Source: an uncultured Actinotalea sp.
GTDB taxonomy: Bacteria > Actinomycetota > Actinomycetes > Actinomycetales > Cellulomonadaceae
Assembly: GCA_964349585.1 (NCBI GenBank)
Contig: CAYGGX010000001.1
Coordinates: forward strand, 11,688 to 75,687
Length of the DNA stretch: 64,000 bases
Reading direction: 5' to 3'
This document shows, in pieces, positions 1 through 9,806 of the stretch (its first letter is position 1; each line of letters opens with the position of its first letter). The position numbers and the translations under genes were made by a program. The notes beneath the pieces are model-generated. The model saw only the letters and a program-made list of their open reading frames with translations, was not told the DNA's origin and did not search any database.

Positions 1-19
1 GGCCGGCTGGCGACGAGCC

Positions 20-1147
20 CTACAGCCGCGCGCCCACGAGCACCGGCTCGAGCTCCAGCTCCACGCCGAACCGCTCCCGGACCCCGTCGCGGACCGTTCG
101 CGCGAGGGCGAGCAGCGCCGTCGTCGTGCCCTGACCGCGGTTGGTCAGCGCGAGCACGTGCTTGGTGGACAACCCCACCGGCCCCGGCAGCCCGTAGCCC
201 TTGGTGAACCCGGCGTGCTCGATCAGCCACGCGGCGGACGTCTTGACCAGCGACTCGTCGACGGCCCCGAGGCTCGGGCCGGACGTCGTCTCCGGCCGCC
301 AGGACCGGACGGCGAACCGGGGGGCGTCGTCGGGCAGGCGTGCGGCGTCTGCCACCGGGAGTACCGGGTTGGTGAAGAAGGACCCGGCGCTCCACGTGTC
401 GTGGTCGGCGGCGTCGAGGACCATGCCCTTGCTCCGGCGCAGCGCGAGCACCGCCGCCCGCACCTCGGCCAGCGGCGCGCGCTGCCCAACCGTCACGCCG
501 AGGCGGGAGGCCAGCTCCGGGTAGGCGATCGGGGTCGAGAGCGTGCCGAGCCGCAGCTGGAAGCCGACGTCGAGCACCACGTACCTGGGCGTCGGGGCGA
601 ACGACGACGCCTCCCCCGTCGCGTCCCGCAGCGAGCGCTTCAGCACCGAGGTGCGGTAGCCGAACTCCAGGTCGACGAGCGCGAAGGTCCGGATCCTGGC
701 CCGCTGCCGATCCCAGGCGCGAATCGTCGAGACGACGCCCGAGACCTCCTGGCCGTAGGCGCCCACGTTCTGCACGGGGGTCGCGCCCGTCGATCCCGGG
801 ATCCCGGTGAGCGCCTCGACGCCGACCCACCCCTCGGCCACCGCCCGCTCGACCACGTCCTCCCAGGGCGTCCCCGCCGGAACCCGGAGCGACACCCCGC
901 CGCACGCGCCGGCGCCGTCCTCCACCGTGATCCCGCGTCGCAGGTCGCGCACGACGACGCCCGGGAAGCCCTCGTCCGGCACCACCAGGTTCGAGCCCCC
1001 GCCGAGCACCAGGACGGGTTCGCCGACCGCGTCGGCCTCGCGGACCGCGCTCACCAGCTCGTCGGCGGTCTCGGTCCCCACGATCCGGTCGGCCGGCCCG
1101 CCGAGGCGCAGCGTCGTCAGGTCGGCGAGGACCGGGGGCGGGGTCAC
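20..1147 (-). CDS. murB: UDP-N-acetylenolpyruvoylglucosamine reductase
   Basis: GGGSNLV, GIPGSTGATPVQNVGAYG, GSFFTNP and LSTKHVLALTN motifs; TAGCCT 6 nt before the GTG start (leaderless pattern). Confidence 0.95.
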   Translation of the reverse strand: MTPPPVLADLTTLRLGGPADRIVGTETADELVSAVREADAVGEPVLVLGGGSNLVVPDEGFPGVVVRDLRRGITVEDGAGACGGVSLRVPAGTPWEDVVERAVAEGWVGVEALTGIPGSTGATPVQNVGAYGQEVSGVVSTIRAWDRQRARIRTFALVDLEFGYRTSVLKRSLRDATGEASSFAPTPRYVVLDVGFQLRLGTLSTPIAYPELASRLGVTVGQRAPLAEVRAAVLALRRSKGMVLDAADHDTWSAGSFFTNPVLPVADAARLPDDAPRFAVRSWRPETTSGPSLGAVDESLVKTSAAWLIEHAGFTKGYGLPGPVGLSTKHVLALTNRGQGTTTALLALARTVRDGVRERFGVELELEPVLVGARL

Positions 1148-1156
1148 GCCCCAAGG

Positions 1157-2485
1157 CTAGACGGCGGCGTCGTCCGGCACGGCGTCGTCGGCCTCGTCCG
1201 CCGCGCCCCCCGGAGCGCCGGCGCCTTGGCCGATCGGCGTCGCCGCCCGGACCACGAGCAGCCCGATCAGCACGGGCACCGCGATCGCGAGCAGCGAGTG
1301 CCGGTAGCCGACGAACCCCGCGAGGAACCCGAGCAACGGCGGCCCGGCCAGGAACGCCGTGTATCCGATCGTGGCTACGACGGCGACCCGCGAGGCCGCG
1401 CGCGCGGGCTCGTCGGCCGCGGCGCTCATCCCCACCGGGAACCCGAGCGCGGCGCCCATCCCCCACAGCACGGCCCCGGCCAGCGCGAGGGGCAGGCCCG
1501 GGGCCAGCCCGAACACCCCCAGCCCGACGAGCGACAGCCCCGCTGCGAGGCGGAGCACGGCGACCCGGCCCCACCGGTCCACCAGGCCGGTGCCGAGCAG
1601 GCGCATCCCGGTCATCCCGGTGACGAAGATCGCGAAGGCGATCGCCCCCGCCTGGTGGCCCGTGTCGAAGCCGTCGACCACGGCGAGCGCGATCCAGTCG
1701 TTGGCGGCGCCCTCGGTGAGCGCAGCGGCCATCACGACCAGGCCGATCAGCACCGTCCGCCGCTCGCGCCAGGCGCGCAGCGCCTGCGAGCGGGGGGTGG
1801 AACCCTTGCGGGCCGCGCCGTCGGGCTGGGCGTCGTCGTCGTGCTCGGTCGCGTCGTGCGTGCCCTCGGGCAGGAAGTACCGCGACGACACCATCACCGC
1901 GACGAGGCTCACGCTCAGCACCACCGCAAGGTGGCCGAGCACGGTGACGTGCCAGGCGGCGGCCAGGGCCGCGACCCCGGCGCCCGCCATGGTGCCGAAC
2001 GAGAAGCCGGCGTGGAACCGCGGCATGATCGAGCGGCCGAGCCGCTGCTCCACCGCGGCGCCCTCGATGTTCATCGCCGCGTCCCAGACAGCGGTCCCCA
2101 CCCCGAACACCAAGAGCGCCGGGACCACGATCCAGACCGTGTGCAGCTGCGTCCCGGCTGCTGCCACGACCAGGCCGGCGGTGTTCATCGTGGCGAAGGT
2201 CACGATCGTCCGCCGGGCACCCAGGCGCTGCACGACGAGGCCCGAGAGCGGCAGCGCGCTCAGCGCGCCGATCGAGGCCACGAGCAGCAGGAGGCCCACC
2301 TGCTCCGGACGCATGTCGAGGGCGTCGCGGACCGCCGGCAGCCGGGCCGCCCAGCTGGCGAAGTTGAACCCGTTGAGCGCGAAGGTGATGAAGACCGCGA
2401 TTGCCGCCGTCCGCGGGTTGCGCCCCACCCTGAACATCGACGGGGCCGGCGCCTCGACGGGCACCACGGAGTCGTACTGGGTCAC
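1157..2485 (-). CDS. MFS transporter, paralog 1 of 3 (YbjJ-like)
   Basis: About 12 hydrophobic segments; WAARLPAVRDAL and AALTEGAANDW motifs; GTG start at 2485 overlaps the upstream stop (GTGA). The ORF track entry 1157..3883 includes non-coding upstream read-through. Confidence 0.88.
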   Translation of the reverse strand: MTQYDSVVPVEAPAPSMFRVGRNPRTAAIAVFITFALNGFNFASWAARLPAVRDALDMRPEQVGLLLLVASIGALSALPLSGLVVQRLGARRTIVTFATMNTAGLVVAAAGTQLHTVWIVVPALLVFGVGTAVWDAAMNIEGAAVEQRLGRSIMPRFHAGFSFGTMAGAGVAALAAAWHVTVLGHLAVVLSVSLVAVMVSSRYFLPEGTHDATEHDDDAQPDGAARKGSTPRSQALRAWRERRTVLIGLVVMAAALTEGAANDWIALAVVDGFDTGHQAGAIAFAIFVTGMTGMRLLGTGLVDRWGRVAVLRLAAGLSLVGLGVFGLAPGLPLALAGAVLWGMGAALGFPVGMSAAADEPARAASRVAVVATIGYTAFLAGPPLLGFLAGFVGYRHSLLAIAVPVLIGLLVVRAATPIGQGAGAPGGAADEADDAVPDDAAV

Positions 2486-3762
2486 CTCGGCACCTCCACC
2501 GGCCCGGTGGGCATGCCGGTCGGGTCGATCGGCCCGTTGCCGCGGTCGCCCGCCGAACCCGGTAGCGCGCGCGCGGCGTGCGCGACGAACAGCCCGATCA
2601 CCACGGGCACCGCGATCGCGAGCAGGGCGCTGCGGTAGCCGACGTGCTCGGCGAGCATCCCGAGCAACGGCGGGCCGGCCAGGAAGGCCGAGTAGCCGAT
2701 GGTGGATACGACGGCGACGCGGCCCGGCGCCCGTCGCGGGTCGTCGGCCGCGGCGCTCATCCCGACCGGGAAGCCGAGCGCGGCGCCCATCCCCCAGGCG
2801 ACCACCCCGACGATCGCGAGCCAGAACCACGGGACCAGGCCGAAGACGAGCAGCCCGGCGAGGGCCAGCCCTCCGGCCAGCCGCAGGACCGGGACCCGGC
2901 CCCAGCGATCCAGCAGGGCCGTGCCCAGCAACCGCATCCCGGTCATCGCGGTGACGAACACCGCGAACGACAGCGCACCGATCGCGTTCGAGAGCCCGAA
3001 GCCGTCCACGACGGCGAGGCTCACCCAGTCGTTCGCCGCCCCCTCGGTCAGTGCCGCGGCGAGCACCACGAGACCGATCAGCAGCGTCCGGCGCTCGCCC
3101 CACGCCCGGAACGCGCCCTCGGTCCGCTTGCCGGTGACCTCGTCCGTCTGCGCGTCGTGGGTGCCCTCGGGCAGGAAGTAGCGGGTGGCCCAGAGCACCG
3201 CGGCCAAGCTGAGCGCCAGTGCGATGCCCAGGTGGGCGAACACCGAGATGTGCAGCCAGGCTGCGATCGCGCCGACGCCCGCGCCGGCCATGGTGCCGAA
3301 CGAGAAGCCGGCGTGGTAGCGGGGCATCAACGAGCGCTTCAGGAGCTGCTCGGCCGCGGCACCCTCCAGGTTCATCGCGGCGTCCCAGACCCCGGTCCCG
3401 ACGCCATAGATCGCCAGGCCGGCGCCGGTGACCAGCACCGACCCCCGCGAGACCCCGGCGGAGGCCAGGATCAGTCCGCCGGAGTTGAGCGAGGCGGAGA
3501 TCTGGACGGTCCGGCGGGCACCCAAGAGCTGGACCACCCAGCCGGACAACGGCAGCGCCACGAGCGAGAAGCCCGCCCCGACCAGCAGCAGCAGGCCCAT
3601 CTGGTTGGGGCTGAACTCCAGGGCGTCCCGAACGGCCGGCAGCCGCGCCGCCCAGCCCGCGAAGTTGAAGCCGCTGAGCAGGAACGTGACGAACACCGCC
3701 ACGGACGCCGCGCGGGCAGCACCGTTGGCCCCAAGCTGATCGGGGGCGGTGGCGCGGCTCAC
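2482..3762 (-). CDS. MFS transporter, paralog 2 of 3
   Basis: Same motifs (WAARLPAVRDAL, RYHAGFSFG, AALTEGAANDW); visibly close to paralog 1. Confidence 0.9.
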   Translation of the reverse strand: MSRATAPDQLGANGAARAASVAVFVTFLLSGFNFAGWAARLPAVRDALEFSPNQMGLLLLVGAGFSLVALPLSGWVVQLLGARRTVQISASLNSGGLILASAGVSRGSVLVTGAGLAIYGVGTGVWDAAMNLEGAAAEQLLKRSLMPRYHAGFSFGTMAGAGVGAIAAWLHISVFAHLGIALALSLAAVLWATRYFLPEGTHDAQTDEVTGKRTEGAFRAWGERRTLLIGLVVLAAALTEGAANDWVSLAVVDGFGLSNAIGALSFAVFVTAMTGMRLLGTALLDRWGRVPVLRLAGGLALAGLLVFGLVPWFWLAIVGVVAWGMGAALGFPVGMSAAADDPRRAPGRVAVVSTIGYSAFLAGPPLLGMLAEHVGYRSALLAIAVPVVIGLFVAHAARALPGSAGDRGNGPIDPTGMPTGPVEVPR

Positions 3763-3771
3763 CGAGACATC

Positions 3772-5112
3772 TCAGCAGGTCCCGACCGGTACCGGCGAGC
3801 GCGCTCCTCGCGCGGGCTCGAGGGCCGGAGTCGACGTGGCGGGGGGCGCGCCCGCCTCGGCATTCCGGGGAAGCCCCTGGCACGGGCCGGGATCCGCCTG
3901 CTCCCGACGCACCGTGCGGGCGAGGAGGATGGTCGCGACCATTCCGACCCCCACCAGCAGCAGGGCGTGCCGCACGCCCATCGACTCGGCCGCGATGCCG
4001 AGCAGGGGCGGGGCGACGATCGCCGAGACCGACGCGAAGGCGGACAGCACCGCGACCCGTCCCGCCATGTGCACCCGGTCGCCGGCGACGGCCGCCATCC
4101 CGATCGGCACCACGAGCCCGGTGCCCAGACCCCAGGCCGCCACCCCGAGCGCCGCGAGCGGCAGGCTCGGAGCGAACCCGAAGACGATCAGCCCGGCGAG
4201 GGACAAGGTCCCGGAGGTGACCAGGACGCGAACCCTCCCGTGCCTGTCGATCAGCACCGAGCCGAGGAGCCGCGCCGCGGTCATCGACCCGACGAACACC
4301 CCGAAGACGATCGCGGCGAGGGCCTCCGTTCGATCGAACCCGTCGACGACGGCGATCGTCAGCCAGTTGTTCGCGGCGCCCTCCGACAGGGCGGCCGACA
4401 TCACGATGACGCCGATCAGCAGCGTCCGCGGCTCACGCCATGCCGCGAGGGTCGTGCGCAGGCCGGCGCGGCGCGCCGGGTTGAGCGTCGACGTCTCGGC
4501 CGCCTGCGGCGCGGGCAGAACCGCCCCGGGCACGACCATGAGCCGGATCACGAGAGTGAGGACGCTGAGCGCCACGAAGTGGGTGACGACCGGGACCTGC
4601 GCCCAGGAGACGGCCGCACCGAGGAGCGACCCGGCCACGGTCCCCACCGAGAAGGCGGCGTGGAACTGGGGGACGACGGTCCGTCCAATCCGGCGCTCGA
4701 TGACCACCGTCTCCAGGTTCATCGGGACGTTCGAGAGCGCGTAGGACGACGAGGCGAGCAGCACGCCGAAGCCGAGCACCGCGACGCTCCCGACGGCGGG
4801 CCCCAGCCCGACCAGCGAGTTGCCGACGGCAAACATCACGGCGGCGGTGATCAGCGTGCAACGGCTGCCGCATCGGGCGGTCAGGGCGCCGGCGAACACG
4901 ACCATCGCCAGCGAACCGACCGACCCGACCAGCAGCAGCGAGCCGAGCTCGGACGCCGACAGGTCGAGGGCCGTACGGATTGAGGGCAGCCGGGACAGCC
5001 ACGTGGCGACGGCGATGCCCGTGAGGACGTACAGGCCGATCAGGTGTCGCCGCGCGCGCAGCGCGTCGTCCGCCGCCAGGGCCGAGGCGACGGGGTGGGT
5101 CCGGGAGGGCAT
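3772..5112 (-). CDS. MFS transporter, paralog 3 of 3 (more divergent)
   Basis: WLSRLPSIRTAL, QFHAAFSVG, AALSEGAANNW motifs; ATG 5112 chosen, start uncertain. Confidence 0.85.
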   Translation of the reverse strand: MPSRTHPVASALAADDALRARRHLIGLYVLTGIAVATWLSRLPSIRTALDLSASELGSLLLVGSVGSLAMVVFAGALTARCGSRCTLITAAVMFAVGNSLVGLGPAVGSVAVLGFGVLLASSSYALSNVPMNLETVVIERRIGRTVVPQFHAAFSVGTVAGSLLGAAVSWAQVPVVTHFVALSVLTLVIRLMVVPGAVLPAPQAAETSTLNPARRAGLRTTLAAWREPRTLLIGVIVMSAALSEGAANNWLTIAVVDGFDRTEALAAIVFGVFVGSMTAARLLGSVLIDRHGRVRVLVTSGTLSLAGLIVFGFAPSLPLAALGVAAWGLGTGLVVPIGMAAVAGDRVHMAGRVAVLSAFASVSAIVAPPLLGIAAESMGVRHALLLVGVGMVATILLARTVRREQADPGPCQGLPRNAEAGAPPATSTPALEPARGARSPVPVGTC

Positions 5113-5211
5113 GGCTGCTCGCTTAGAAAGGTGGTGCGGACTGGTTTGGCACGACGCCGGGCCAGCGGCCCCGGGGCTCGGTGCAGACCGCTGGGCTGTG
5201 CGAGCGGCTGA

Positions 5212-5225
5212 TCGAATCGATTCGA
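5212..5225. promoter_or_regulatory. Candidate LacI-family operator TCGAATCGATTCGA
   Basis: Perfect 14-bp palindrome with central CG between the divergent MFS genes and LacI gene. Confidence 0.7.
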
Positions 5226-5295
5226 GACCAGCACTCCAAGTCTGCCGATAGGCTGGCGTCCCGTCAACCGAGATTCCGCACCGGGGCAGGGTGAT

Positions 5296-6360
5296 ATGTC
5301 GCACGGTCGACCAACGCTCGCCGACGTCGCGACCGCGGCGGGGGTCTCCGTCTCCACGGCCTCGCTGGCCTTTTCCGGAGCCGGGCCGATCGCAGCGGCG
5401 ACCCGGGAGCGGGTGCACGCCGCGGCGGCCGCACTCGGCTACTCCGGCCCGAGCCCCCTCGGCAGGTCACTTCGCAGCGGGCGCTCCGGGATCGTCGCCG
5501 TCGTCATCGGCGACCAGCTCCGGCGAAGCTTCCGGGACCCCGTCTCCATCCAGGTGCTCGACGGGCTGGTCAGCACCCTAGGAACCCTCGGGCTCGGCGT
5601 CCTCCTGGTGCCGGCGAGCCAGGACGAGGACGGCGACCTGGTGGTCGACCCGCTGCTCGTCAACGCGCCGATCGACGTCGGTGTGCTCATCTGGGGAGCG
5701 CACCGCGGCGACCCGATGCTCGAGGCGCTCCAGCGACGCGGCGTCCCCATCGTGATCGGCGAGGGGCCACAGATCGGCGACATCCCGGTGGTCGGCATCA
5801 AGGACCGAGCCGGCACCGCGGACCTCGCACGCCACCTGCTGTCCCTCGGCCACCGACGGATCGCAACCGTCGCCCTGCCCTTCGCGCACCCCCGGCGGGG
5901 GGGCGTCGTCGGGCCGGAGCGGATGGCGCTGCTCGACTGGACCCCCACCAAGAACCGGCTCGAGGGCCTCGCCGACGCCGGCGTGACGCCCACCGCGATC
6001 GTGGAGACGGCCGCCTCCCTGGTGGAGGAGGGGAACGCGGCCGGCAGGCTGCTGCTCGACGTGGCCGACCCGCCGACCTGCGTCGTGGCCCAGTCCGACC
6101 TGCTCGCCGCCGGCGTGCTGCTGGCCGCCCGGGACCTGGGCCTTCGCGTGCCGCAGGACGTGTCGGTGGCCGGGTTCGACGGCCTGGACCTGCCGTGGCT
6201 GGCGCCCGACGTGCTCACCACCGTCGCACAGCCGCTCGCGGCGAAGGGGGCCGCGATCGGGAACGCGGTCCGCCAGCTGATAGCCGGCGAGACGCCCGGC
6301 CCGCTGCACCTGGACGTCGAGCTCCGGATCGGGACCACGACGGGTCCGCCCCGCGCCTAG
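5296..6360 (+). CDS. LacI-family transcriptional regulator
   Basis: N-terminal HTH TLADVATAAGVSVSTASLAF; C-terminal VPQDVSVAGFDG...LTTVAQP; TAGGCT -10-like hexamer at 5249-5254. Confidence 0.95.
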   Translation: MSHGRPTLADVATAAGVSVSTASLAFSGAGPIAAATRERVHAAAAALGYSGPSPLGRSLRSGRSGIVAVVIGDQLRRSFRDPVSIQVLDGLVSTLGTLGLGVLLVPASQDEDGDLVVDPLLVNAPIDVGVLIWGAHRGDPMLEALQRRGVPIVIGEGPQIGDIPVVGIKDRAGTADLARHLLSLGHRRIATVALPFAHPRRGGVVGPERMALLDWTPTKNRLEGLADAGVTPTAIVETAASLVEEGNAAGRLLLDVADPPTCVVAQSDLLAAGVLLAARDLGLRVPQDVSVAGFDGLDLPWLAPDVLTTVAQPLAAKGAAIGNAVRQLIAGETPGPLHLDVELRIGTTTGPPRA

Positions 6361-6382
6361 CCCACCCCCTTGTCACGGGGAG

Positions 6383-6808
6383 TCAGGAGAGGGCGACCAG
6401 GACCTGGGCCTTGCCCAAAACGCGCGCACCCTCGAAGGTCACGGTCAGGTCGACCCGCGCAGTGCGCGCGTCGGCGTCGATGGCGCCGATCACGGCCTCG
6501 ACCTCGACGGTCGCGACGCCCGGGTCGGGAACCGGAACCGGCCGGGTGAAGCGCACACCGTAGTCGACGACGGCGCCGGGGTCATCCACCCAGTCGGCGA
6601 CCACGTTCACCGCCTGGCCCATAGTGAACATGCCGTGGGCGATCACGCCGGGCAGGCCGACCTCGCGCGCGAAGCGGTCGTTCCAGTGGATCGGGTTGAA
6701 GTCCTTGCTGGCGCCCGCGTAGCGGACCAGGTCGCCGCGCGTCACGGAGATGGTGCGCCGGGCGACGGACTGCCCGACGGTTAGCTCGTCGATCGAGGGG
6801 CGGCTCAT
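6383..6808 (-). CDS. MaoC-family dehydratase (HadB-like)
   Basis: YAGASKDFNPIHW and IAHGMFTMG hydratase motif; ATG at 6808. Confidence 0.9.
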   Translation of the reverse strand: MSRPSIDELTVGQSVARRTISVTRGDLVRYAGASKDFNPIHWNDRFAREVGLPGVIAHGMFTMGQAVNVVADWVDDPGAVVDYGVRFTRPVPVPDPGVATVEVEAVIGAIDADARTARVDLTVTFEGARVLGKAQVLVALS

Positions 6809-7254
6809 GCGTCCTCCCCCCGCACCGCGAGGGTGGACACGACCGTCGCGACGGGCGCGCCGTCGTCGTCCGCGATCTCGCAACGCGTCGTGACCATCGC
6901 CAGGCCGGCCCGCTCGGTGATCGAGTCGACGCGCAGCACGGTGACCAGCTCGTCGCCGGCGCGGATCGGGCGGTGGTGGGTGAAGCGCTCGTCGGCGTGC
7001 ACCACCCGGGAGAAGTCGATACCGGCTTCGGGGTCGCCGATGAGCTGGGACTCGGCGCGCTGGGCGATCACGACGGCGAACGTGGGTGGGGCGATGACGT
7101 CCGGGTACCCCAGCGCGCGCGCGGCAGCCACGTCGTGGTGGGCCGGGTGCTGGGCGCCGACCGCGCGCGCGAAGTCGCGCAGGTGCTCCCGCCCGACGGC
7201 GTACGGGTCCGTGGGTGGGTACACCCGGCCCACGTAGGACGTGTTGACGCCCAA
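6805..7254 (-). CDS. MaoC-family dehydratase N-terminal-type subunit (HadA-like)
   Basis: APPTFAVV and VVHADERFTHHRPI hot-dog fold pattern; TTG start 3 nt after the rpmG stop; synteny with rpmG. Confidence 0.85.
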   Translation of the reverse strand: MGVNTSYVGRVYPPTDPYAVGREHLRDFARAVGAQHPAHHDVAAARALGYPDVIAPPTFAVVIAQRAESQLIGDPEAGIDFSRVVHADERFTHHRPIRAGDELVTVLRVDSITERAGLAMVTTRCEIADDDGAPVATVVSTLAVRGEDA

Positions 7255-7257
7255 CGG

Positions 7258-7428
7258 TCAGCGGGTCTCGCGGTGCGCCGTGTGCTTGCCGCAGCGCGGG
7301 CAGAACTTGGACAGCTCGAGGCGGTCCGGGTCGTTGCGGCGGTTCTTCTTGGTGATGTAGTTCCGCTCCTTGCACTCCACGCAGGCGAGCGTGATCTTCG
7401 GGCGGATGTCCTGGGTCTTGCTGGCCAC
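7258..7428 (-). CDS. rpmG: 50S ribosomal protein L33 (Zn-binding, C+ form)
   Basis: Hand translation [56 protein letters not shown]; two CxxC motifs; not in the ORF track. Confidence 0.97.
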   Translation of the reverse strand: MASKTQDIRPKITLACVECKERNYITKKNRRNDPDRLELSKFCPRCGKHTAHRETR

Positions 7429-7498
7429 GGTGTGCCACCTCTCACGCTGCGGTGCAGCGCCTGGTTCGTCGCTGACGCGCCTTCTCGACGCGTGTCCT

Positions 7499-7575
7499 TG
7501 GTAGCGGGGGCGGGATTCGAACCCGCGACACCACGATTATGAGCCGTGTGCTCTAACCACCTGAGCTACCCCGCC
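7499..7575 (-). tRNA. tRNA-Met(CAT), elongator type, CCA encoded
   Basis: GGCGGGGTAGCTCAG...CTCATAA...GTTCGAATCC...CCGCTACCA cloverleaf; an Ile2 (lysidine) identity cannot be excluded. Confidence 0.93.
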
Positions 7576-7623
7576 GCCGGGAGACCCGGCACAACGGCAC
7601 GCCGTCGTCCCTGGCACCAGCAG

Positions 7624-7696
7624 AGCCCCGAAAGGGAATCGAACCCTTGACCTTCTCCTTACCATGGAGACGCTCTGCCGACTGAGCTATCGGGGC
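7624..7696 (-). tRNA. tRNA-Thr(GGT)
   Basis: GCCCCGATAGCTCAG...TCTCC ATGGTAA GGAGA...GTTCGATTCC...TCGGGGCT. Confidence 0.95.
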
Positions 7697-8003
7697 GGCG
7701 CGAGCCAGGTTACCGTGCCACGCCACCCGCGAGAAATCGCTTCTCGGCGCCGATGCGACCGGCCCCCGCGCGCGAGCTCGTGTCGCAGCCGCCCGCTCGC
7801 CGGTAATGGAGAACGGCACCGCCCGGGTGACGAGACCAGCGGACGGCGCCGTTGCTTTCGGGCCTGCGCAGACCGCTCCGCCGCCCGGCGGCTCCGCGAT
7901 CCGCACACGGCGGTCGATGCGTCAAGAGTACGGGCGGGCGTTCCGTGCGGGCGGGGCCTACGTCCCGGCGCATCGGGGGACCACGCCACGGGGGGGCCAC
8001 GCG

Positions 8004-8035
8004 AGAGCCCCGCCCGGGGTTCCGGACGGGGCTCT
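8004..8035 (-). terminator. Hairpin downstream of tRNA-Tyr
   Basis: 14-bp stem AGAGCCCCGTCCGG/CCGGGCGGGGCTCT, fully paired with one G-U on the minus strand. Confidence 0.6.
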
Positions 8036-8041
8036 GACGCG

Positions 8042-8123
8042 TGGCAGGTGAGGGATTCGAACCCCCGTAGGCTGTGCCGGCTGATTTACAGTCAGCTCCC
8101 TTTGGCCGCTCGGGCAACCTGCC
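8042..8123 (-). tRNA. tRNA-Tyr(GTA)
   Basis: GGCAGGTTGCCCGAGCGGCCAAAGGG...CTGTAAA...long variable arm...GTTCGAATCC...ACCTGCCA. Confidence 0.95.
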
Positions 8124-8202
8124 AGGCTCGCCGGTCGAATGCGACCGACGCGGATGGAAGGATACCAACTCGGAGCACCCCGATACCGACGATGGAGGAG
8201 AC

Positions 8203-8697
8203 ATGGCAGCGGAGTCCTCGTTCGACGTCGTGAGCAAGGTCGACCGTCAGGAGGTCGACAACGCGCTGAACCAGGCCGCCAAGGAGGTCTCGCAGCGCTA
8301 CGACTTCAAGAACGTCGGCGCCTCGATCGCCTGGAGCGGCGAGGGAATCGTGATGACCGCCAACTCCGAGGAGCGCGTGAAGGCGGTGCTGGACGTCTTC
8401 CAGACCAAGCTCATCCGCAGGGGCATCTCGCTCAAGGCGCTGGAGACCGGCGAGCCCAAGCAGTCCGGCAAGGAGTACCGCCTCGACGCCGCGCTCAAGC
8501 AGGGCCTGAGCAGCGAGAACGCGAAGAAGATCAGCAAGATCATCCGCGACGAGGGGCCCAAGGGTGTCAAGACCCAGATCACCGGCGACGAGCTGCGCGT
8601 CTCGGCGAAGAGCCGCGACGATCTCCAGGCCGTCATCGCCCTGCTCAAGGGCGCCGAGGACCTGGACGTGGCGCTGCAGTTCGTCAACTACCGCTGA
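8203..8697 (+). CDS. yajQ: YajQ-family cyclic di-GMP-binding protein
   Basis: [17 protein letters not shown]...[15 protein letters not shown]...LQFVNYR; GGAGGAG RBS before ATG 8203. Confidence 0.95.
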   Translation: MAAESSFDVVSKVDRQEVDNALNQAAKEVSQRYDFKNVGASIAWSGEGIVMTANSEERVKAVLDVFQTKLIRRGISLKALETGEPKQSGKEYRLDAALKQGLSSENAKKISKIIRDEGPKGVKTQITGDELRVSAKSRDDLQAVIALLKGAEDLDVALQFVNYR

Positions 8698-8768
8698 CTA
8701 CCCGGCCTGATCGGAAGCGGCCGGCCCGCACAGCCGCCCCGGCCCTGCCCGACGACGGCGCCAGCCGC

Positions 8769-9650
8769 TCACCGGTACGAGCGGTAGCCACCGGCCATCT
8801 GCTCGAGGCGCTTGATCCGCTTCGCCATCGGCGGGTGGGTGGCGAAGATCGCCGACATCCCGCCGCCGCGGAACGGGTTGGCGATCATCAGGTGCGAGAC
8901 GTCCACCAGCTCGCGCTCCGCCGGGAGCGGCGCCCGGCGCGTGCCCATCTCGAGCTTGGCGAGCGCCGAGGCCAGGGCCATCGGGTCGCCGGTCAGCTCG
9001 GCGCCGTCAGCGTCCGCGTCGTACTCCCGTGTGCGGCTGATCGCGAGCTGGATGAGCATCGCGGCGAGCGGGGCAAGGATCAGCATCGCGAGCAGCACGA
9101 GCGGGTTGCCGCCCCCGCCGCCGACACCGCGCCGCCCGCCGCCACCGAAGATCAGCAGCATCTGCGCGACGGCCGTGATCATCCCGGCGAAGGCGGCCGC
9201 CACCGACGAGATCAGGATGTCGCGGTTGTAGACGTGCATCAGCTCGTGACCCAGGACACCCCGCAGCTCGCGCTCGTCGAGCAGCGTGAGGATGCCCTCG
9301 GTGCAGCACACCGCCGCGTTCTTCGGGTTGCGTCCGGTGGCGAAGGCGTTCGGCGAGCCCGTCGGCGACACGTACAGGCGGGGCATCGGCTGCCCGGCGG
9401 CGGTCGAGAGCTCGCGCACGATCCGGTACATCGCCGGCTGCTGAGCCTCGGTCACCGGCTGGGCGCGCATCGCGCGGATCGCGATCTTGTCCGAGTTCCA
9501 GTACCCGTACGCGGTGCCCAGTACGCCGAGCCCGGCGAAGAGCCAGATGTACTGCCCGTCCCCGATGAACCACCCGAGGGCGAGGACCACCGCCCACAGC
9601 AGCCCGAACAGCCCGGCGGTCTTCACCCCGTTCAGGTACCTGCGACCCAC
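8769..9650 (-). CDS. htpX: Zinc metalloprotease HtpX
   Basis: [15 protein letters not shown] (HExxH), [15 protein letters not shown]; GTG 9650 has an AAGGAG RBS. Confidence 0.93.
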   Translation of the reverse strand: MGRRYLNGVKTAGLFGLLWAVVLALGWFIGDGQYIWLFAGLGVLGTAYGYWNSDKIAIRAMRAQPVTEAQQPAMYRIVRELSTAAGQPMPRLYVSPTGSPNAFATGRNPKNAAVCCTEGILTLLDERELRGVLGHELMHVYNRDILISSVAAAFAGMITAVAQMLLIFGGGGRRGVGGGGGNPLVLLAMLILAPLAAMLIQLAISRTREYDADADGAELTGDPMALASALAKLEMGTRRAPLPAERELVDVSHLMIANPFRGGGMSAIFATHPPMAKRIKRLEQMAGGYRSYR

Positions 9651-9806
9651 GTGGACTCCTTCCGTCCGTCCCAGCATGCCCGATAACCCAGGGGAACGCC
9701 GGGCGGGGGTCACCGCTTCCCGCGCGACCTCGTCGCGCCCGACCGTCCGCGACGACGTCGCGGCCCCTGCCTGACCCCAGCCGTGAAGTCGGCCTGGTGC
9801 CCGGCC

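Noticed and set aside
7697-8041. 345-bp spacer between tRNA-Thr and tRNA-Tyr as an integration scar or small gene (ORF 7806..8051)
   Set aside because: No duplicated tRNA 3' end, no RBS, no recognisable protein; contains only a terminator-like hairpin and a TAACCT -10
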